From assembly GCA_964200185.2 (NCBI GenBank), contig CAXNAD020000029.1, positions 1 to 42,574 of the forward strand: 42,574 nucleotides of DNA, in the 5' to 3' direction. Both the position numbers and the translations under genes were made by a program. The notes under the pieces are model-generated. The model was not told the DNA's origin. It saw nothing but the letters and a program-made list of their open reading frames with translations, and ran no database searches. Every line of letters starts with the position of its first letter. Within the stretch, counting starts at the first letter, position 1. This stretch comes from Choristocarpus tenellus KU-1152. Its lineage: Eukaryota > Protista > Phaeophyceae. Shown piece after piece: positions 34,901 to 42,574 of the stretch.

Positions 34901-37310
34901 ACGAAGATGGTGTATTCTTCTAGCCTAGGTATGCGGGTCTTGATTGCTGGGATGATAACATCCTTGATCATGAGCTTCTTATACCTCTCCCTGTCCACCG
35001 TGGCTGACACAAGGACCTTGGTGCCCTTGGGGTGGTGTTTGCTGGAGTGCTGAGCAACCTTAGTGTCCATGATTGACCAGATCCCGATTTTCCCATCAAA
35101 CCATACCTCGTTGGAGAGCTTCCTAGGGCAGGCCACAGCTGCAAGAACATCACCTCCGTAGTGTAGTGCTTATTCTGTGCCAGTGGGGGTTTGGGGGAGA
35201 CCTCAGTGGGGTGCAAGTAGATATCTTGCCCATCTTTGAGGATGTAAAACCACTTCTTATCCACATGTGCCCAGTTATACAGATTGCCCACTAATACCCA
35301 AGTTCCCCCCCTCCTGTTCATGTGGCTGATGATGAAACCCACCCTGTTGACTTTCTACTGGTCTGACATGACTGGCTTAATCCACTGCTTGACCTTCACC
35401 TTCTCGTGCTTGCACAGTTCCAACAATGAGGCAAGGGAGACCCCAGGTTTGACTGCCTATTTGTGAAAGGATGTGTGGTGTACCGATGGGATATCCCAAA
35501 CATCAAGGATACTTGTACAGTTATCACATCACCCCTTGTGACATTGTACAAGGTCCGTACATATCACCTTGTGCGATCTGGGTGTCATACTCCCTCACAT
35601 GACAGAACACGGCGATTTCGGAAATTCAAAAGTCTTCCTTGATATCCACTGCTGTCCCCCAAGACATTCAAGTCTCGCATCCTCTCACCTCCAGGCATTG
35701 CGCCACCACGCTGTTCTTCATCGATATGTTCGAGTTTGGACATTGGAGAGACTTAGGGCTAGAGAATTGGGAATATGGGTGACGACTGGATTAGTGAGCC
35801 CCGCTCGAATTACAAGGGCCTTCATTCTTGGCATCCCAATAAACACCTGCTTTGACATTTTATTGAGGTTCTTGAACCCGATAAATTTGGTCGACTTTGG
35901 ACTGGTGATTCTCCACAGTCTTGATAGCCCACCATCTCAAAATTTACATGCCTCCCAAACTATATAAGAACTAAGCCTTGTCCATAGGGTTTATCACGTG
36001 GGTCATTCCCAGGCAAGAATGGAGCCTGCAAAGTTATGTTACATTTAATTCCAAACAGAGAAAGTATATTGTAATATTGGGCTTCTGCAAGCACATGGAG
36101 TTTGCATGTAACTCCTAACTGTGTTCTCCTGCAGGTGTTTACCGCACTTCAGGTGGTGGTTACGCCGCCACACCTTAAAATCGCAATGCCCTGTTTGGAG
36201 TGGTCATACATCTGCAGAGTACTTACACATACACTTACACATAGTGAATATCTTCCCTGGATCATGGTGACCAATTAGTGTCCTGACAAGGAGCGCCTTA
36301 TTATGTAATCGATTGAATCCATAGCACTTTATAAGAGTATGTCCCATAATATTTTCTAGGCCTCTTGGTGTCCATTTTTCCTCTTCTGGTTTGTCAAAAG
36401 ACATGCTACATATAAACTGCACAAGATCGATACAAAAAGTGAGCAACATTGAGTAAACCAAAGGTTATTTGAACAGAAAATGTGGTTCAAATCCTGTTTT
36501 TATCACGATCATATTGGAGATGTTTGATATCCAAAGATGGATCTCTATACTCTGTGTCCTTAGTTAACATATGTTTAGAGCATCAAAGTGAAATTTCTAC
36601 CCTCTAAGTAGGTTTCCAGGAAGGTGTTGTCATGTAGAATATAATTGCTTCGATCCTCTTCAGCAGTCCTTCTTGAGGACTTAGAATCTCCCAGATCCCC
36701 ATCTACTACTTGCTTGATGTGCCTGAAAATGGTTGTATTCATGGATCTCTTGTTGTTCAGTCCTCACCCAAAAACATATTTTAAATTGATGCTCATACTT
36801 TACTTACATGTCAGGCATACGTCTTGCTTGATTGAAACACACCTACTGTGAACATTGGGCAGATGGAAGTGCATGATATCCACTGCCGCCACATAGGCAC
36901 AACTTCCACTGTATCATCCTGCTCCTATTTTATTCCTGATTGTGTTGTATGACTTGTAAAAATGTGAGCTGACATAATTTTAAGAATAGGTGAGCAAGAA
37001 CCCACGAGCTTTAGTGATCATGGTGTGGGCTGTAACCTCATAACCGCCCCCTATCCTAACCTGTTAGGAGGATGCCCATGTACACCAGCTCTATACAACA
37101 GAAGCGGACAAGGCAGCTCGCCTATCTGCCATGATCAGTTCAATGCCTGTCACCAAGTTCTCCCTTCCATTGGGCAGAACCTCGTGCTTGGATGAGGCAA
37201 ATGCAGCAGTGGCATGCTACAAAGAGTTAACTCAAGATCCAACAAGCGGTATCAAGTGCATGGGACTTGTGAATGCTTTGGAGGCATGTACAAGAAAAGC
37301 CAACCTTTGA
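28973..37310 (+). CDS. MIC19/CHCHD3-like mitochondrial protein (twin CX9C), 155 aa
   Basis: Exons 28973-29100, 29269-29365, 37068-37310 (AAG|GTGAGA, TAG|, GAG|GTAAGT, CCTAAC...TAG|), 468 nt in frame. MGGKES myristoylation-type start, [11 protein letters not shown], charged helical middle, C-terminal [11 protein letters not shown]...[11 protein letters not shown]. Extra exons inside the 7.7-kb intron are not excluded. Confidence 0.78.
33112..33336 (+). pseudogene. pccB: Intronless decayed fragment of an acyl-CoA (propionyl-CoA) carboxylase beta subunit
   Basis: [29 protein letters not shown], then a +1 shift in the T8 run at 33205-33212, then [37 protein letters not shown]. Matches the carboxyltransferase N-terminal consensus. 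Confidence 0.88.
34314..36064 (-). mobile_element. Tc1/mariner-superfamily (plant/stramenopile-type) transposon with both TIRs, degenerate
   Basis: TIR core TTTGGAATTAAATGTAACA.AACTT at ~34323-34347 and inverted at ~36031-36055; TA at 36065-36066. Transposase motifs [48 protein letters not shown] with frameshifts. Lies in the MIC19-like intron. Confidence 0.9.
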
Positions 37311-39927
37311 AATTTCTTTCAACTTTTCCATATGGTTGGTACTTGTGGCACCCCATCATTTTCCTTCAATACCAATATACCCTTGGGGAGGTCAGGCTAA
37401 ACGCCACTAACCTGCAAGTCCCAATTATTAATGAGGTTGACAACAAGAATTTACTGGTTTCTGCATTTTATCTTGATATTTTGAATGAGGCCTGTGCTTA
37501 TGTTGACCCAAAGTAGGTTGCTACAACACTAAATTTATTTGTTTATTAGCTGACCTTCTTGGTGATCTGAGATTCCCCATGGTCTTGAGTAATGGGCCAC
37601 TTCCTTTATGTTTGTAAGGATCATGTGGACATATTGGATGTCCCTAACTTCACAAATACGCCATTGGGCTGATTACTATGCACTTGTAAGGTCACTAATC
37701 GGATTGGGACTAATTTCGACCCGATGACATCCAATGAAGTTATGGATTCTTCCATGTGGTTGCTGGTAACTATTCATAGCCCCCTATGTTCTCAGATTCA
37801 CAAACTTTAAAGTTGTTCATGATACAGAAGTGACCCTGGACAGGGATATCACAATTGGTCTTGAGGGCTCAACAACAGGCTAGGTCATGGGGAAGCACAA
37901 TCCTGGAAAGAATGTGGGCAAAGGGCTGGATCCCTGGAGGGGGAATAAGGCAAAGGCTGAGTTGCTAGCATTGAGTGAAGGTGTCGAAGTACCCAGACGA
38001 AGAAGTTGAAGCTGAAGACAACTTAGGAGGATGAAGAAAAGAAGCTGAGGCCATGGTGTCCCTTGATGGTGTCCTTGAGAGCCTCTACCTGAATAAGGGT
38101 GCAGTATTGACCCTCAATAATTGCACCTACAACTCATCCTCTTTTGGAACTTCAATTGTGTGGCGGCAACCTCTCCAAGATTTAGCCCTTGTCATCAAAA
38201 TGATTTCTGTTAGTCAAGTCAAAGTTCACAAAATTGATGCGGAGTAGAGGGGAAACAGGAAAGCGCTGACGGGTTCCGTTGAGGAAAGAGGGAAGTTAAG
38301 ACAGATCAAGGCATGCTTAATGGTCACATCTGTACAGCTCATCCTATTGGAGGTCTACATCTTGGACCAGAACACTCAGGTGTGAGAGGTATTTATTTGT
38401 ATTTAGAGAGGATTTACCCTTCCACAATCCATTTTTCATTCTGGCTTCTTCCACCCATGCAGACTTGGCTGGTGTTAAGGTGTAAGACTCCACCACAAAA
38501 CCCTCCACCTCAACCTCATTCCAAGTGTTCTTGCACCATTTCTTTTACTTTGCCTTTCCCTCTCTTTTGTCATCCAACCTAGACCTGATAAGCAGGTCCT
38601 ACCTCCATATCACCAAAGCCCTCCATGGTTCCACTTTTATGTCCAGTGTAGTCTATTTTCTTGTACCTCATCAAGAAGATGTTTGAGTCTTACCTCAAAA
38701 GACGGTTATATTGATATCAATATCAACCTGTTTGAAGACAAGTCAACTCCGGAATACTCATAGGTCAGTCAGTGGTGAAGGCTGGTGTTTTGTGTATGTG
38801 AAGTTCGCAGGTTTGTGCCCTTCGAAGCTAGATTTTTTTTCGCAGAAATCTGGTTTTGATGATCCAATGCCACGTGACAAGGACAATGGATCGTACATCT
38901 GTACTTTCTTATCTGTGACTATTGTACAGAAACATCAGACTTTGATTGAGGTAGGCAGCAGGTCCAGTACAGGATTTGAGGGAGAAGAGGAAGCCAAAAG
39001 TGGTGCAAGTGCTGAACCAATGAGAAGCAAGACTGAAACAGAGGAACAATTAGTCGTAATGCAATAGCTAGTACTATGAAGTGGTTAGTATGATAAGTAG
39101 TACAGTGCGTAGTGCCTATGAACATGGTTCAGAAGAATTCCCAGTCTAATGTGAAAATAATAGAAGTAAAAATAACAAGACACGGATGGACAATCCTTAC
39201 ATAACTGCTCCTATATTGGGCCATGCTACCCAGCTGGGGCCTTCTCTTAGCTGTGCAGTGAGAACCTGCTGAGTGGGGATGAGATCATGTCCATTCATAA
39301 AATTGAAATGAGCCTTCCTCCATCTGGCAAAAGCATTTCATCTTGAACAGAAGGAGAAAGAGGACCCAGGGTTGGTGATGAAGAGAAACTGAGGTCACTC
39401 ACCATGAATGACTTGGCACCTAGACTCCACCTACATTGTCTGCTTCATGCATAGACCCTTGATCATCCACATCTACAACCTTCCTTCAGATTAGGTATTG
39501 TAATCCATTGGGGAATCTGAGGTCGTGGAGGAGACTGATATTGGCCTCCATTCGGGAGTCATTAAGAGGGAGCGGATCTTATCCGTGTACCCCAATCATG
39601 TTTTCACACCTTTCACCCCCTGATCAGACTCTGTAATGGCATTCGTAAAGGACCAAAAAGCACAAAAATGTAATTTAAACTATAGGCATACTTCACAAGT
39701 TTTGTACGTAGTGTTGAAATTTTCTTCATTTCCTGTCATTAGATGCCTCTGTAACCGGGGAGGTAAATTGTATTAATGACGAAAGTAGACTGCGGTGGGC
39801 CACTGTGGAAAACTGATATGTTTAAAATGACCATAACTTCAGTACTTGCTCAAATCATATAAAAAAAACATGTTGAGAAAACTGAGGGCATGGGGCATCT
39901 GATGGTTACAGCAAATTATTATTTGCT

Positions 39928-41016
39928 ACCTCTGTGCTGTAAGTTTGTGCCGCGAAGTATCTGGACTTGCCAAGTGAAAACGGTGAGGAATCGGAAGATA
40001 ACCCCACAGAATGAAATTAGGTTGACAATCTCAGCTTTCAGAAAAGGTAGGGTGTTAAAAGTATTTGTAGAATAATCCCAAATCTTGTTATTGAAATATG
40101 TAGATTAATTCCCTCACAGTTATGTTATAGTAGGTAGAAAGTTGGAGTGAGAAACATCATCCAAATGGGGGGGGGGGGTGTCCTTGTCACCAAATCATTC
40201 ATATTCTATGGATCAGTAATCACTAATCACAGATTACTTCCAACAATGCTTCCTATTCCTGAACTCTTCAATATTCTAGTTCTTAAACTCAAACGCATCT
40301 CCTATCCTTGAGAACACAAACATTGTCTCGTCATCCTTGGCTGTTTCTTCTCCAGAATCTTTCACACATGAATAAAAAGCACATTATTTATATGGGGGTC
40401 GAGGGTCATCAGGTACAAACTCGATGTGTTTCAAGCTGTCAAAGTAGGGGTCTTTTGGGTTGATTTTGAGCCCAGAACTGGGCACGTCAAGGGTCAGAAC
40501 GTCAGCATGGCAACCCCCCCATCGACCCCTCTGCGTAGGAAGGGTGCCCAAGTGTCCCTGAATACCAGGGTTGCACTTGTAGTGCAACATGCCTTCGTGA
40601 TGGTCCCTGGTGAGCATAAACTGCCGCCACTGTTGGGCTGGCCCTCACAGCAGAGTTTGGAGTGTACGAATGTTACAGGGCTCTGGAAGGACGTTGCCAA
40701 TCAGCTTGCCTGTGGCCACATGCTTGACCTAGGGGTGGTGGCACATAGTGGGTGACCTTCGGAGCTCACACCGCATAAGATGGCTGCAATACATAGTATC
40801 AACTCCGATAATCGGTCATCCACAGTGCATCAGGCGACAATGAAGATGGCCGCCAAGGGGCTGAATTATTGTTCAAGCACCATAAACAGGTGGTTGGATG
40901 ATATGGGGGCCGTCATGCTGAGTCATTGCTGGATCAAACCCAAGCTTAAATCATGGCAAAAGGTATGGAGAATGGACTTTGTTTGCGATCAAGTGAACCG
41001 GAAACGTGATGTGTAC
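39928..41016 (+). mobile_element. 5' part of a mariner-like transposon interrupted by two LTR insertions
   Basis: ORF 40780-41016 (STINRWL...WIKPKLKSWQKVWRMDFV) shares the IKP.L...QK..R..F motif with the other mariners and stops at the LTR at 41017. Left boundary approximate. Confidence 0.65.
40053..40392 (-). mobile_element. Solo LTR of the element 1 family
   Basis: Reverse complement aligns along 5672-6007. Flanks TAGGG (40048-40052) and TGGGG (40393-40397) form a TSD with one mismatch. Confidence 0.9.
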
Positions 41017-42574
41017 TGTGCAATATAGGCTGGTAATCCATAGGTTTCTTATGTGTTTGTTAGCCAGTAGCATGTAACAAAAATGTTAGCTGAGTGGCTT
41101 AATTGTCAATCACTTGCCTCTGCACAGAGTAATAGGTTCAGCACCCCCCCACCTTGAGGGATGGTGCTCACTCCGCTAGTAAATTCATCCATACCACATA
41201 AAGCGATAACTCTATTTGAACAGCTCTTTTGCGCAGGTTATGAGCCTCACAGGTATTGAAACGGATCCACATAAGCTGCCACTATGGACTGGCGCGCGGG
41301 GGCATACAAGGGAGAAGTGGGCAGAATGGCGGATGGGGCTGGTGAGCTATGCGGGCGGGAAGGGACTGTTACCACATCCTCCAACCGGCATACCACATCC
41401 CTGCATCTCCTACGGTGGATACATTGTTTGGGGAACACAGCGCATACGAGGAGTACGTCAAGCATCACGAGGCCTTACGGTTCCTGCTGGGCCAGGCCAC
41501 GAGGGAGGCTGCAGCGATGGTGGTCAGCACCCATGAAAATAACGGCAGCCCTGACAGGAGGGCAGCCTGGCTCGAGTTGGAGAAGATCTAAGGGGGGAAC
41601 GCTGCGGTGCAGCGAGCGGCCCATGCAGCTCATAGCTCTCGAGATGAAGCTGCGCGACATGTACTGCTCGTCGGTGGAGGATGCTGCCGACTTCATCATT
41701 AGTACGAGCAGCCAAAGGCGGCCAAGGAGGACCAAGCCAAGAAGGGGGCTCTGATCATCGGCATCAGGGACAGCACGCCACATGTCTTTGCACAGCTGTC
41801 CACAGCTCCAGATCTCACCTACGACCAACTCAAAAACGCCATCATCTCCTCCTCTTCATACATGACCACGGAAGTCACAGGGCAAACGACAAGGAGCTCG
41901 GGGGCTATGGTGCTGCACACAGGTGCAGGGACACAGACAGGGAGACAGGGGTCCAGGAGCAGCCTCGGTTTGAACCAATGTGCTTTCTGTCTCAAATTTA
42001 ACCACAGATGGAAAGAATGCCACTCGTAAATGGTCATCAAACCTCCTGCTAAGCGCCCCCACACGGGCTTGGGGCGGTGTGCAAGTTTCCACCACCACCA
42101 ACTAAGGACTGGAGCAGCGGTGGCGGAGGCCACAGCAAGGCCGATCGTCAGGGCTCATCACGGGCGTTCCTGGCCATGAACGTGTCTGTAGGGGAGGACA
42201 TGTTCAACAGGATGGTCGAGGCAGCGCTCCTGTCCTCATCTCAAGATCTGTCTAAGACCATCAGCCTACTGTGTGACTCGGGTGCAAACGCGCACCTTAC
42301 CCCCCCCCGACTGCAGGGCCTCACTGCAGCAACAGCTATAACCTGCACCTGCACCTGCACTGCACCTTTGGAAACAAAGGTACACTGGATGCATGAGCAA
42401 CCGGCAAGATGGTCCTGGAGGCCACTGACGAGACGGGCACACCGACCACAATTGTTCTCCAGGATGTGCTCTGGGAGCCGGGTCTGCCATGCAGACTTCT
42501 CAGCACAGGCAGTGTGCGGTGCAAGGGAGGTGAGCTCGTGGACTCAGGGATCAGGAAGAGCTACATCCAGCCCA
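41017..42574 (+). mobile_element. 5' part of a Ty1/copia element (element 4), continuing beyond the window
   Basis: LTR 41017-41235 (TGTGCAA...TTGCGCA), copia-type PBS GGTTATGAGCC at 41236, gag fragments, zinc knuckle CAFCLKFNHRWKEC (~41980-42021), protease LLCDSGANAHLT (~42266-42301). GC-rich and frameshifted. Confidence 0.9.

Noticed and set aside
37091-37216. Apparent minus-strand terminal exon ([10 protein letters not shown]...)
   Set aside because: It is the antisense shadow of the plus-strand twin-CX9C exon.
38711-39067. 118-aa ORF with acceptor-like sites
   Set aside because: No recognisable motif and no supportable upstream exon.

Overview
Eukaryotic nuclear DNA with GT-AG introns, probably from a stramenopile (inferred from the gene and transposon types, not proven). 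A compact four-gene island sits between transposon-rich flanks. It holds NSA2 (-, 7 exons, 260 aa), a bacterial-type TsaE/YjeE ATPase with an N-terminal extension (+, 4 exons, 246 aa), an uncharacterised protein (-, 9 exons, about 713 aa) and a MIC19/CHCHD3-like gene that the ORF track misses (+, 3 exons, 155 aa, MGxxxS start and twin CX9C). The genes form two head-to-head pairs and one tight convergent junction. The flanks hold four degenerate Ty1/copia elements (one complete with a GGTTG target-site duplication), two solo LTRs, three mariner-like transposons and a MITE-like hairpin, several of them nested. The 7.7-kb MIC19 intron contains an intronless, decayed propionyl-CoA carboxylase beta fragment that may be bacterial DNA. 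No CRISPR, rRNA or tRNA was recognised. All exon models were derived by hand.
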